NCBI GenBank assembly: GCA_046563655.1
Contig: CM102288.1
Location: forward strand, 5,642,001 to 5,706,000
Reading direction: 5' to 3'
Length of the DNA: 64,000 bases
Source: Yuukianura sp. NJ FZ-2021
Lineage: Eukaryota
Position 1 is the first letter of the stretch. Each line of letters starts with the position of its first letter. The position numbers were made by a program, and so were the translations under genes. Under the pieces are notes generated by a model. It did no database searches, was not told where the DNA came from, and saw nothing but the letters and a program-made list of their open reading frames with translations. Shown piece after piece: positions 40,291 through 53,930 of this stretch.

Positions 40291-41427
40291 TGTTATTTGG
40301 ATAGCAGTTGGGCAATTTGAGTTCAAAAAGAAGTACTCTGTAGGAAACACGTTTTTATCACAACTGCTACAAGGAATTCCGTTGTTAGACTGTTTTCGTT
40401 TATGAATATATCGGAGACACTTCTGGAGAAAGTGACATGGCCGACCATATATTACTTCTAAATCAATCCAATTATTTCCAGTCATCATTTGAGTAATTGC
40501 CATCAACATTCACTAGTCGGTGAATGTAGGAAATAAATAAATAAATAAGGAAATTAATTTTAAGAATTTAAAAGGTGATATGGCCAGAATTCACCCAATT
40601 TAATTTTTTTTAAACAAAAACCCAATTTTTTTTTTAGAAAAGCTTGAAATTGGAAACTTGAATTTAGCGATACCTAATTCCAAGGCCTAATTCCACTTTT
40701 TGGGCGTGGTCGTTAAAACTATTTTAAAATATAGAGACTGACTGACTTGAAAAAGGAGTAGCTTACCTTCGAGTAAAAAAGATACTTTAAATTATTAAGT
40801 TGTGAAATATAAATTAATTACATTTTTAGGGAACTCTTATGAAGTAAATATTTCTCCATTTGCCGTGGACATCAACGGCAATTGGCACACAGAAGAGGGG
40901 TAAAGCTGCTTCTATCTGCAACAATTTCTTAAATACCCTGCTAGTATTCATTATGATTATGGGAAAATCATTTGTTAAAATTGTAGAAACAAATTAAAAT
41001 AATTTATATTTTTAAATTATAATGAATGTGTTTATTAACTTAATATTTTAGGTTTGTGGCCTTAAGGACTAGGGAATTATATAGTTAGTTTGATAAAGGA
41101 AGACCAAGATTCCACACAGTACAAAGTTAATTCCCCTCCATCTTCGTAATTCGGATTTGGACGAATGAGAATCGGAAGCCTTCGAGTGAAAAAGTTGTAA
41201 AATAATAAATTATTAATTAATTAACAATTAGCACACACTGCTTCAGAAGTGTTACAAGCACAAACTCCTGTGCACAGTAGGAAAAAGTCGAAGTTTTGAG
41301 ACAAGAGTTTAAATTGGATTTTCTATCTCAAAACAAAAAATCTTTTCCCACTGTGGTGGGTGTTCTCAAAATTTAGTTTCAACTCCTTTGTTCTAAAACT
41401 TTAGAAAATAAACTGCCAAGTGCTGCT

Positions 41428-44400
41428 CTACTTCTGAACTTCTTGATCCATGAACTCGGTGACATCGGAAGTGAAGACTTTGGGAGCCACAAAGCCACCG
41501 TAGCCCGGTTGGCCCTTGTGATAGAGTCCCACCCCCTTGAGCCACATTGCCGGAGTGGGCCGAACTGGTTGGATGTCAATGAATGGAATGGTGGTCTGAG
41601 CCACATCTTTGGACCTGGAGGTGGGGCCAAACAATAGGAACTGGTCATGGACACTGTCAGGTTGGGATGGCTTCGGAGTCAGAGTGGGCACATCGACATC
41701 GTCAAGGGGCAACTCGAGACGAGGACTACGCTGGTTGTCTGGCGTGTTGTCGTTGCTCACCCAGTGAGAAGTGCTCGGCAGGAGTTGGGCCGTGATGGGA
41801 TTGATTTGTGTAGCCTAGAATTTAAAGAAACAATTAAAATTAATATAATTTAATGAGTAATTAATTAGTTATGTAATTTTGACATGAGTTTTACCTGGAC
41901 CATAAGTCCAAAATGTTCTCCAATTCGATAAAGTCGGACACCGGTGACGACGTAACCTCGCTGGAGCGTAATGTCGTCAAGGTCAAGGGCACGGTGAAAG
42001 AAATCCAGTTTGACCACAACGCTGGACGTTTTTTGTAGCGCTGGAACTGGTTTCCAGTCAGTGCTGCCATCCAGAATGGAACCTCGTTTGGCCGGAACGC
42101 CTTCTTCAATCTAACACAAAAAAAACTTAATCTGGGGTTCCACAAGTCATTTCTCCGAATGAATTGTTACAAAACGAATTCCTCCGAAAAGGAGATTGCT
42201 CCGCATAGTGCGATGCTCTGAAACAGTATTGCCCCGAAACCAATTGCTAATTGGTCCGAAAGTATATAATTATTAAAGTTTTCGGAGCAGTTAATGTTTC
42301 GGAGCAATTTACTTTTCGGATCAATTGGTTTCGGGAAAATGCTGTTTCGGAGCAGTGCACCATTCAGATCAATCCAGCTTTCGGAGCAATTGGTTTTGTA
42401 GCATGTCGGAGCACTTCATTCGGAATAATGACGTGCTACATTATTCAGGTTAAGAATCCAGAAATTAATTTAACTTAATTAATTAATTGTAAACTAACCT
42501 GAAGTTGGAGGACGCCGTTCTTCATGACAAATCTGACTCCAGTGACGATTTTGTTGGCCGTTGTGTTAGCCGTGACCTGGGCCAGCGACAAATGTCGCAC
42601 CGTTGTGGCACTGTTGAAGTCGTCACAGAGACACAAGCAGTTGCTGCAGTGGTACCAGAATCGCCAGTGACTATCGCGACGCTCCGTATGTTTTGAGCAT
42701 GACTCAACTACAGAAAAAGAAAATTAGAAAAATTTTTGAAGATTTTTTAAAACTTTAAAAAAAAAGTAAAATGTTTTGTACTTTTCCCAAGAACCGGCCC
42801 TTTCTTGTAATCAATGTAGTCAAAACGCCTCGGGGGATCGGCTGGACACACTGTTGCATCAGCAGCCACAAATTGGCACTGTATGAAAAAAAATTATAAA
42901 AAAAAATATAGCAATTTCGAAAATCTTTTTAAAAAAAATTTCGAAAAAATTTCAAAAAGTGTATTTTTTATTACATCAATGAGGTCACCAGTGCATCTTC
43001 GCTGCAGAATGCAATTGGCTCCAGTGCATCTGCTCTCCGTGAAAGTGAAATCGGAACAAGATTGTTTGCAGGAACCCTTCGGATGCATGTCCTTTTCATT
43101 TTCAATTACGCCCTGTTCAAAAAATTTCAAAACTTAAAAAAATGTTTTCCAAAGTTTTGAAAATTGAAAATACAAAATCAAAGTAAAGTGAGATACCTGC
43201 AGCAGTTCCTTGAACTCTTCATAAGATTCACCTTCCACGTGGTCTGTTGGATCGCATCTCCAATAGGAAGTAGACGCTGCAGCGATAGCAGTTTTAGCTG
43301 CGCTCAATTTCTCATACGCTTGATTCCGCAGCGATTGCTTAGCAAGACCAACAGCTTCCATGTTTTCCGCAGAAGCTGCAAAAACACACACAAATAATTT
43401 TTTTAACAATTTCAAAAACATGAAAAATTTAAAAATTTTCAAAAACATACAGATGACATTTCAACATTTTTAAAATTACGAGAATCCAATTTGAAACATT
43501 TTCAAAGCATGGAAAATTCAACCTGCACAATTTTTAAAAGAGATTCGACAATTTTTTTTCATTTTGTTCAATTTGACGTCACACAAGGCTCGCATGACGC
43601 TTTTTAGCAGTAGAGATTTCAAAGTTTTTGAATCGATTTTTTCATTCTTTTTGAAAGTTTGGACTAAATTTGATTTCCCTTTTCTGAAAAAGCGTCTGTT
43701 CTTACTTCCATTGAGTGCATCTGACAGCATGTAGGCAAAGTTAAGGATAGTATAAGCTTTGATGTCCAGCGTCAGAAGAGAGACGTAGAAACCGTAGATG
43801 ATGCGCTGCGGTGTTTTTCCACTGTGCAGACACCATCCACTCTCCACAGCTTTCTGGAAAAGAGGAAAAGAACAAAAAATTGACTTTTTGAAAACTTTTT
43901 GGAAATAATAAATCGTGGAAGAATTCTTTTGTGTCCTTGGACTCCGCCTCACATTGATTTCTTGGCCGAGTTCTGCAAAAGCATCTCTCTCTCGGTAGTT
44001 GTATGAGGAAGTGACAGAAGAATGTGCCCGGTCCAGGAGGAAGCTGAGGGTAATGGATCCTTTGGCATCATCAGATTGATAAATTGGACGTAGAATGAGG
44101 TCTGAGACTGTTCCAGCATCAAAGTCCAAGTTCCCTCCGCCCGGTGCAAAAGTTTCTGGCATGTCCTGTAGTAAAACATTTCATTTTGGAGCTTTTTTAT
44201 GATGTAATTGATAAAAGAAGAGAATTGCGCATCTTTTGATGTGTGTCTTACTGGAAACACTTTGAAGTGACCGTAGAGAACATCCACTGGAGCCATCAGA
44301 ACAGAAATCTCAGACCACTTTGACTTCCAATGTGCAGAAACGCTGAAATTAAAATAAATCCGATGTACAAAAGTAGCGACCGCTGGAAGTACAATCTTGA

Positions 44401-46551
44401 AAAGATGGCGCGCAATCGCGAATGTTTGGCCCTCCATTGTAAGCCGTACTGGGCAATACGTAGTTATGCATAGAAAAAAAAAGTTGACCTTTGACCTGGA
44501 AGGAGGTCACTTAGGGTCACGTGAGATACACAAAAGTTGATTCGCCTGATTTTACAACTTTTGCAAAAGTCATTTTCTACGTTACCAGGGATACTGGGTG
44601 ACCCTGACCTTTAACCCGGAAAGAGTTGACCCCCGGGATGACTTTCAACTAGTAAAAACCTCTAGGACCCACGTTTCCGAGCTAACGCCGGCCAGACAGA
44701 CAGACAGACGGACGAACAAGGTTCATACTTAAAGTAGCTTTCACTACTTAATAAAAGACAAAAGAAATGAAAGAAATTTGTGTTATGAGAGTCTAAAGTT
44801 AGAAAATTGCGCAATTACGATGAGTTGACACTTTGAAGTTGTTAATTTTACATAGTACGGAGAATGTGACGTTCGTAGGAAAGAGTCGTGGGAAGCAAAA
44901 CTATAAAACTTTCATCTCCGCAGAATTGTTTAGAATTGCGACTTTGGAATTTTTTGCAACTTACTTTTGGAATTTGAACAGCGACTGAAGAGCTTCTTCG
45001 TACTGTTCCATCTGAAGTTCGCGTTCTACGCGTCCAATTGATGTCGGAATGTCTTTAACTAATCTTCCCAAGTCCTTGAGGATTACTTCCTTCGTCTTCC
45101 CATTTCGATCCAGTTTCTAAAAAATACAATCCAAATAAAGTTAAAAAGAAGTCATAACTTAAACGCTGACCTTTGACCCCGCATGTCATTTCAGAGTAAT
45201 GGTCACATTGACATAATTACGCTTTACGTGATTAGATGCCTAGCATTTTATGGTTTGCTTCATTGTTGAGGAGGCGTGATAGGGCTGCCGCCGTTTTCGT
45301 TTAAAACGAAACACGAAACCGGAATTCCGTTTTCAAAAAATTTTAATACGGTTGTTGAATTTCAATACGGTTTTCACTGCAAAAGGAAACGTAAAACTAC
45401 AAATCCAAAACAGTAAAAAAAGCTAAAAAGCTGTTTTTCATTGTTTTTGTTCTGGTTGTACTGGGATACTGGGAAGTCACATAAAATTAAAAAAAACTCT
45501 TTGACCTACGACATTTATGAATTACTTTATGAGACAGGAATATTTTCGAAAAACAGTTTTCAGCGAAGTTTATGCCATCAAGCATTTTTTCGTTTCGGTT
45601 CCGTTTTTTTAAACTGAAAACGAAACCGAAACGAAACGGTAGGCGGCAACCCTAAATCGTGACAGTATAATGGATCATTAAATTCCGAGTATTAAATGGA
45701 ATGTTTATTTTGATCCAAGTGGAAATTGATCTGTGCCAGGCACTTGATGCAAGCTGAAAACTGTTGGTCTGGAAGCTACATGCAAACAATGGTAATGATA
45801 AAGGAACTTTCTGAATTCTGATTCAATTCATCTGCCTCTAGGATATCTGATATCATACACTGCAGCCACTGACTCACGCATCCTTATGCACAAACACGAC
45901 ACACTTAAATACTTAACAAGCACCACTTTACTACAAGATAACAAGCTACAAAGTTATTTACAAGAATCACGGAATTCATCATTTCAAATTCAGAATGGCC
46001 ATAGTTGGTATTCCTGGCAGGATTTGCACGACTTCCGCTAAATTTTGCACAGTATAACCAACTTCTGGGATGCTACCATAAATTATCAGCAGAGTTGTCA
46101 AAAATATTTATTTTGCGTTCCCCTGCTGTTAATACAAAAATATTCCAATATTTGTTTTATGTTACGAAATATTTTTTTCCACATGTGCTTGATTTTAACT
46201 AAATGTTTGGGCTTTTTAAGAAAATATTTTTATCAATATTTTCGTTGTCGTTAGCACATATTTTTGACAGCCCTCATTATCCGGTATAGAAAAACATGAT
46301 TTTTAGTGGTGAAAGTGTTGGGGCAATTTGAGAATATGATGACGATGAGATTTGACGCATTTAATCAAGTTCTTAACATCAATTAGTGTTAATTAACGAA
46401 TATTTAGATTGTGACTGACCTTGAGCTTTGCCCAGACTCCTTCGACCTTCTCAATGACATCTTCCCTTACATTGTCCACTAGGGCTGAAGTGGCCAAAGA
46501 CGAACAGTAGACCAGTAGACATACAACAATGCATGACTTTCTCAATTCCAT
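41428..46551 (-). CDS. Secreted DUF4803-domain protein
   Basis: Signal peptide MELRKSCIVVCLLVYCSSLA; about 11 exons, the 5' junctions checked in frame; C-terminal DVAQTTIPFIDIQPV...LKGVGLYHKGQPGYGGFVAPKVFT is typical of arthropod DUF4803 proteins. Confidence 0.8.
42141..42435. mobile_element. Intronic MITE with inverted subterminal CTCCGAAA-type arrays
   Basis: GTCATTTCTCCGAATGAA pairs with TTCATTCGGAATAATGAC; the left half repeats (GC)TCCGAAA and the right half repeats TTTCGGAGC. Confidence 0.7.
44481..44756 (+). mobile_element. Dispersed repeat family with CAGA microsatellite and AAAGTAGCTTT end (Helitron/DINE-like non-autonomous element, tentative)
   Basis: GACCTTTGACC...GGTCACTTAG...CAGACAGACAGAC...AAAGTAGCTTT...AATAAAA; partial copies at about 14461-14515, 16541-16592, 18567-18700 and 20516-20657, and reversed at about 15228 and 17260. 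Confidence 0.55.
45280..45654. mobile_element. hAT-type MITE in a DUF4803 intron
   Basis: TIRs TAGGGCTGCCGCC / GGCGGCAACCCTA, subterminal AAACGAAAC repeats, and a degenerate 8-bp TSD (AGGCGTGA / AATCGTGA). Confidence 0.75.
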
Positions 46552-48201
46552 TGTTGCGCCAAAGTTCAAAAACGTCGGATAGGTTAACTGTAGTTAGCTT
46601 TTGTAGCAATTAGCACCAAACACCGTTAGTTCTCTCTCAAGAGTGGATGACTTTTCTTGACGAATGGCAAAGTGGAACTGCCTCCTGGTCCACACTTCAC
46701 AGCCTCTCTATTGTCCTCTCAAGATCCTCTTATCTCCCACTATTCGGAGTGTGAAAGGGACTATCCAGAAGTTGGTCCTTGGCTAGGGTAAGTTTTAGCG
46801 TTGTGGATGACGGCCAAGGTTCAACCTGGCACAACAAAATAACAATAGACTTTCAGAACATAGCTAAAATTTATATACCCTGGGGTCAAATGACCATTGT
46901 TCTTTTCAAACACAAAATACATAGTTGCTCACCTCTTCTGCAATGGCTAAAATGCGTTTTGAGGTGACTCAATCAAAAGTCCAAACAATTTTTTCTTGAT
47001 TCCACCGTCAATGATTCACACAACAATCCACATCTGTGTATGCCCTGCCTTAACTTCAGGAATTTCACAAAAAACTGACAGATGAAAAAATTTGCTAATT
47101 TTAGTCGCGACAAAATTTACAACAAACGATCTCTCAAACACAACTAAAACTCAACTGTTTAGCAATTGAAATTTTAGTACGAGAGTTTGGCCTTGTGAAA
47201 CAGGTGGAGAGACGCCTTCGTTAAAGTTAATGTTTGTGCAAAAACTTTCCTGGAAGGTGGTATTACAAGTAATTGGAAGTCAATTAAAGTAATTGGAACT
47301 GTTAGTTTGTATTATGTACTCAGAATTGGAAAGTGATAAAACCTTTGTTTCCTCAAAGTACTCAAGTATCTCCATTGTGTACTCAAGGGATCCGAAGGGC
47401 ATCAGAAAGTGTTGAGAGAGTTTATAGCAAATACCAAGAGCTATAAAAGGCTGTAGGCTTTTGTAGTCCTTGCTGAAAAGATCAATAACATTTAAGTACT
47501 CCCAGAAAGTCCTAGATGCATCAAGGGCTGACTCAAACCGTCACCTCACACCACCGGCGACAACTTAAGCTATGAATTTGGTCAACTTTAAAATGGGATT
47601 AATAAAAGTATTACAGTAGTAACACTTAAGAATTTAATTGTTCAGAAAATGAGAATTTAATTTGCAAATTAGCAATTAGATTTTTAAAGCTTTTCAAACG
47701 AAAATTCTGTTACAACAAGAATTTGAACTTATTGTCTTAACTTTTTTAAATTGATTTAGCTAGGTGTCAGATTAAGCGCGCCAAATTTCAGGCGCCTTTT
47801 TATTTTTAAATTCTATGGGTAAACAAACCAGAAATTTGTTGGTGTAAGGTTTAACGACCGTAATTGTAGTAACACAGTGTACCCACACCGGCCGGCCATC
47901 TTTAGTGACTGCAATGGATAGCTACAGTGTGGCAACTTATGTTGCCACTTTGAGTTAGGTTAAAGTGGCTACTTCAGTTGGCACTCAAGCGTAGCTACCT
48001 CTTGTTGCTACTAAAAATAGCAGAGTGGCAACACTCATCAGCTACACGTATGTTCGTTAATCCTAACGGCACCCCAAAAATTTGTATCGATCAAACAACT
48101 TTACTTGTCACAACTAACGGGAGGAAGTTTGTTTGTTGGTGGAGTCCGGAGTCTCGTTAATTAACTTGAAAATTAACAATTTACGAAGCCAGAGGAAGTC
48201 A

Positions 48202-51200
48202 ATGGACGTGTCAACCTTGTCCGACTATGGGGACAGACCGCTGGACCACCAATCTTCTCGTAAGCCTCCAGAATCTGTTGATGGCCTCTTCAGAATTCCG
48301 ACTGTTCGTTTAGAACCAAGCGACCGTCGGTTACTTTCATCCACAGTTGAGTCGCTCTTGTCCAGGAACGAGCAATTGGTGCTAAATGCGGCTTCATTTT
48401 GTCGAGATGTTCTCTTAGCAGACTTCCCTCCGGAAACGTTTATTCAGGAATCATCGCTTAGTCAAGTAATGGACAAGTTAATTGATGACTTAACTGGCAT
48501 TCATAATTTCATGCTCCTAACCGCTTTTATTCTCTATCTGTTCAGAGCCTCCTTCAAATCGTCAAGGAATCATGGGAAGATTCTATGATCAATTACGTTG
48601 GATTTCATACCCTCCTAACACTCGCGAATCAGCTGTCAATCAACATTGGGTTTCTAAACTCCAGCGAATTTTACCAGAAGCGCTCCTCCATTCCTAACAG
48701 CTCTCAGGTTTTTATAAACTTTTTAGTTTTCACCAGATGAAATCGCCCAATTTGCAATAAAATCAATTTTTTTAAATAGAACATAAGCTTTCATGATGCT
48801 GACGACGACATGGAATCAAGCCACGTCAGCAGCGAATACTTTCTGAACAGTTATTTCCACCTCATGTCTGGAATTTCTCGATGTGTAACTTACCAACCTG
48901 ACTGTCCTTACCTCTGGTTGCTACTCGAAGCCTACTCGAACGTACTACAAAACTACTTGAATCTCTACAAAAGTTCAAACGTCACTGCCTTGCATGTTAA
49001 TCTAGAAGAAATCCTCCTGGACGTATCTCAAACGTTTCTTCGGAATCTCAGTCAAGTGAATCCCGTAATCGTTGCAACGATAGTGTCATCGCTGTTGTCA
49101 AATTTTCATCGTGACGGTGATTTACCTCATAAACTCTTCACATCAGATGTGAGACGGGCTATCTGGGCCCTTGCAGCCAACACCCAATTGGCCCAATCTT
49201 GCTATGCCCCGGTCAGACAGCACTTCATTGATACTGCCTTGCCATTTGAAGATGATCTCAAGAAAGCAGTAGACGTAAATGAGAATGACACGTCAGTTGA
49301 GATGTTTCGTTCTGCCTCTTGGTGGAAACTGGACGTTATCCATGAGCAGCTAGGGTGGAAGGACAAAGAGAACATGAACAGCACATCTCCAGCATCAGCA
49401 TCTTCAAGTTCAAATCAACTTCCAGAAGATAAGCTGTCTAGAATCTTGTACGGGATACAGAATGCTGTGGATCATGCTACCGTGATCGATGGAATCTGGA
49501 AACTCTGGTTGCATCTTGTTCCACTTATAAGAGTCAACCAATTGGGTGAATTCGACGATATACTTGGATCGTCAACTTCTTGGAGAGAAACTTTCTACCG
49601 ATTTTTGTCTGTTGAACCAACCTCGTCTGAAGATGTTGATCTCTTGAGCAGAGTTTTGGATTTGATTTCGTTCTTGTTACGTTCTACCAAAAAATCGAAA
49701 GTTCTTGGTGATTGGATCTTACCGTTGGTATCTGACAAGAATTCGGCCATGCTGCGACTTATGCTGCATGAATCTTCGGAATGTGTCGCCTCAACATCCA
49801 GCATCTGTTTGACTACTCTCAACGTATCGATCTTCGATCTATTCCTTGGACTTTTAGGACAAGACGACAATTGTAATAAGCTGGGAGAGTTTTTCAACAT
49901 TTGTGGAGAAACGATCAAACTTTCGTACAATTCAGATTTTGGCTCAAAAGGTAAGTTTAAAAAAAAACTGTGAGAATTCGAATACTGAAAAAGCTAACTT
50001 TCGGTTTTTATTTATTTTTTAAATGTAGTAATTCTGCACATCATTTTCAAATCCCTGGCGCATCTCATTCCAACCGAACTTCTAAGAGAGAAACTACTGG
50101 AAACTGCAGAAGTGGCTCTATCACTAGTTGACATCACCTCAGAAGCACTCCTCAGTTTGTTACAAAATACTGCTGATGGATCTTACAGAAACTTGGGAGC
50201 AGTTCGGTACGGAAGTGCTGTGCTTGTCCACTTGTCGGAGATTCTCATGAAGAATCCAGCAGTTCCACCTACCTGGATCTCTCACTGTGCTAAAATCGTT
50301 CCTACTTTGTGGGAAATTGACAATGTTCTAATTCGTGCAGCAGCGCTTCAGGTAGTAACATAGATTCCACATTTCCTCAAGCAAATTCACAAATTCTAGG
50401 TTTTATTACAATTAATTGTTGGAACAGATTTGTGCAAACATTACATTAACCGAAGCAGGCGTCTTCTCCTTGAATTCTCAGCTGGAGCCTCCTTCTCTTC
50501 TGTGGCGACTCTCTTATACGTAAGAAATAAGCACACACTGAGCATTATGCAATAAATAATGTAAAAAATTAGTAAAACTTTTTTATACCAATGTAATTAT
50601 ATTCCTTTTTTGAAGGCGACTGACAGATCCAAGTGAAGCTTCGTTAGTAAAAGAACGAGCAGCGACAGTACTTTTGAATTTAATCGATCATTGGGTTCAG
50701 ATGAAGGTCCTTCTCGCTCCACACACGGACATTCCTAGACTCAAACTTCTCGAAGAAATAGCAGTGCTCATCAAAAGTATTTGCTGGTGTCCAAGCGTTA
50801 CAGAAGTATTGGCAGCATCAGCTGATACTCCGGTGGATCAAGCCAAATCACTTGGGCTTCCTTTCATTACACCAAGTGTACTCTCTCTGGTCACTCCAAT
50901 AATTGTGAGGATGATGCAAACATTTGATGAGGATCAGATCAACGACATCCAGGAAAACTTACCGCTGCTTCGAGACATTTCCATCAAACTGTCGCGGTGA
51001 GTCCTTTTTAAAACAATTTCGAACCAAAATTAAAAAAAAACTTTCAAATTCAAAAAATTTGCTTTTCAATTGCAGGGTCCTTGGTAGTTTTAGTGTCAAG
51101 GAGATGCCGAAGTTGGACGACGAGGAGACTGGGTCGTGGGGTTGTCAGTGCTTGATGTCGCTGGCGAATGCTGCTCAGGCATTGACTTCCACGGTGGAGT

Positions 51201-53227
51201 TGGATCGAACGCTGGCTCTAACGCTGATTGGTGATAGACAAAATCTGTCTACTTTGTTCTCCTACTTTGACATTCCTTTGGCTTCAGCAGGTTAGTTTTG
51301 CCTATAATCTAGCATTCCAATTAACCACTTTACTTTAGTTTTCGTTAAACGTTTTGTGATTTAGATCTGAGGTTGAAGTCCGTTCGAATCGTTTTTGCAT
51401 TGTGGAAAAACGTTTTTGTGCTGCTTTCTACTTTGCTACTGGATTCTGGCCAAAACTTTGAAGATTTAGAGCGATTAATTTGGAATCACCGAGCACAAGT
51501 TTTTGGAAAACTTGTCAAGTGGCTGGAAATGAAAACGCCTGCGACCTACAGAAAATCTGCTCTTGAATTCCTGGATGCTCTCTTGAGCAAAACTTACGAA
51601 TGCAGATACATCCACGGAAGCTTTACAGACACTTTTCTGTGTCAATTTTGTATCCAGGGTGACGAAACTTATGGAATGCTGATTGGAACAGCATTGCTCA
51701 AGTTCCTGGAACAAGCGACTGACATTGAAGAACGAACTTCCATCCTGCTCCGTCTGAATCACCTTTGTCTCCTGTCACCAACTGGCAACAATCATCTCAT
51801 AAGCAGTAAAATTGTTCACAAGATAATAAAGATACTGCGTGACATCGGTGTCCAAGCTGTCGACTTCCAGTGTAACAACAGGAAGGTATGAATTTTTCAG
51901 ATAACAGATTCGATACAAGAAAAGCTGTCTAAATCTAAATAAATGAGTAACATTTATTTAGATTTATTTCATGGTTTTAGAATACCAAATCGCTGGAGCT
52001 GCTCAAATCGCTGTTGCTTCTTCTTACGACGCTGTTTACCAGTAGAGAAGCCAGGACAGCAGCACTAGAACAGCATTTTCCGGATGTTCTGCATACTGTT
52101 TTCAAACTGATCAAAAGTGCTGCTGGACCAGATCAGACTTTGCTGCAAATAACACTAGAGTGTCTAATCAACTTTACGGAGCAGTTTCCTGAAGGATCTC
52201 ATGCCCTGACCTTGACAACTGGACTTGTTGGGGTCACTTCCAGGAAAATTGCAAGTCCAAATTCACTGTACTTGGAGCTGCTGGGAATACTTCAGGAAGA
52301 ACTGGAATCACTGGAAAGAGTGAACAAATCCAGTGGAAACTTAAGAACTATCGATCTCTTGTTGGCCTTTGTGAACAACACTTCGTTCTCAGTCGAATGT
52401 AGAACGATTCTGGCAAAGGTGAGCAAAATTTAGAAAAAAAAAGTTGAATTCCAAAAAATTGTTTTTCAAAAACGAAAATTCTACAACCCTGACCTAACTT
52501 TGTTGAAACTTCCTTAGGGAAAAGTACTGAATTTCATCACAAAATTTCATCAGACTGAAATCAAGAAATGGGGATGGAAGTATCCCAACCTGAAGACGCA
52601 TTTGCTCAAGATTCTAGTCCAACTCACGATCTCATCGGATATTCAACTGTTTCTTACCAAGCAGGTACTTGCACCACTGATTAATTGTTAAGATGTTAAG
52701 TTAATTAGTTTTGGATTCTATTTCTTGCAAAGGTTCCAGAGTGCGTTACTATTCTCATTGCACTTTCGAAAATCGAAACCAGTCCAAACCGTCTCTACGC
52801 ACTTCAGATTCTGCGCAACTTAAGTTTTCATCCTGGAAATCGGGCACGACTTTTGCATGAAGGTTAGAAATGAATTCAAATCAAAAGCTGAAAAAAGAAG
52901 TGGGAATAATTGAGATTGTATTTTGGTCTAGCCGAATTCCTGACGACTTTGGCCGAATGTTTGAGTGACAGTGACAGCCTGGAGGAATTGGAATGTGCTG
53001 CAGTGACGCTTTGGAGTGTGACGGCAAACTCTGAAAAAGGAAAAGTCGCTGCAAAAAGAGCGATATGCGTAACTGCTCTTGGGAGGGCTTTGAAAAATCT
53101 AAAAGCAAGTCAAAGTTCACTAGAAACTGGAGATCCTTCAACAGAAAGCACCGCTGCGCTTATTACATTGTTACAAAAGGTGGCAAATGTACAAATAAGC
53201 GACAACCAGAGAAATGTTATAACATAA
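48202..53227 (+). CDS. RTTN: Rotatin / Ana3 centriole protein (short form)
   Basis: SDRRLLSSTVESLLS...DVLLADFPPETFIQ resembles rotatin DRHVLSS.ESSL...DFPAEIFLQ; C-terminal AAVTLWSVTANSEKGK resembles rotatin AASALWAL..N.QKAK; ARM-like helical exons in between. Confidence 0.8.
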
Positions 53228-53594
53228 TCTTCAATAATTTTGCATCTTACTATAAATAAAATTAGTCTCTTGATTAATCACGATTACGATTAATTATGAT
53301 ATTTACATGTGCAAAGAATCTGTGAACGGCAGCCGCTTGTCGGTCAAAACTTATGAGTACTTTTTTCTCTTTTGAAAAGTGGACCTTTTTTTTCGGAAAA
53401 TTTTGATTTTGACCTGGAAATTCTTTATGCATATGGGGCATTCTTATGTCAAACTCAATTATGTCAAATTTTTTTTTAGAGTTAGAAACAGGTCAAGTAA
53501 AATCCAGGTTGAAGAGTTAACAATTCCAGACAAATTTTATAATCGTTTTAGTAGTACTGGTGAGAGCTCTTTTTGTCAAATCCAGCATTTAAAA

Positions 53595-53858
53595 ATGAAT
53601 TTAGTCCTTATCGTTGCTATTTTAACTTTGGTTGCAAAAACATGCCATAGTTTTCCGGCTCAACTACCAGGTTGAAATATACATTAACACAAGTTAAATC
53701 ACTTTAATTAATTAGTAATACTAAAACTAAAAGATCATGTTTTAATTATTAGAGTCAAATGAGGCTGAAACTGAGGCGCAGGGCACGAGAAGGTTATGGA
53801 ACATGGTAAAAATTTGGCCAAAGGAAATTATTTACGATGATTTTAAAAGTGATATCGG
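53595..53858 (+). other. Two-exon fragment of a secreted-protein gene, possibly an astacin-like N-terminus
   Basis: MNLVLIVAILTLVAKTCHS signal peptide, GT-AG intron 53671-53752, then ESNEAETEAQGTRRLWNMVKIWPKEIIY; no catalytic exons follow. Confidence 0.45.
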
Positions 53859-53930
53859 TAAACACTTGTTTCGTATTTCCATTTTAATACTCTTTGTTTA
53901 TATTTTCATGAAAATATAGTTTTTTAATAA

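Noticed and set aside
41060..41190. Short minus-strand frame with a hydrophobic end, downstream of the DUF4803 stop
   Set aside because: No convincing splice donor/acceptor pair links it to the gene.
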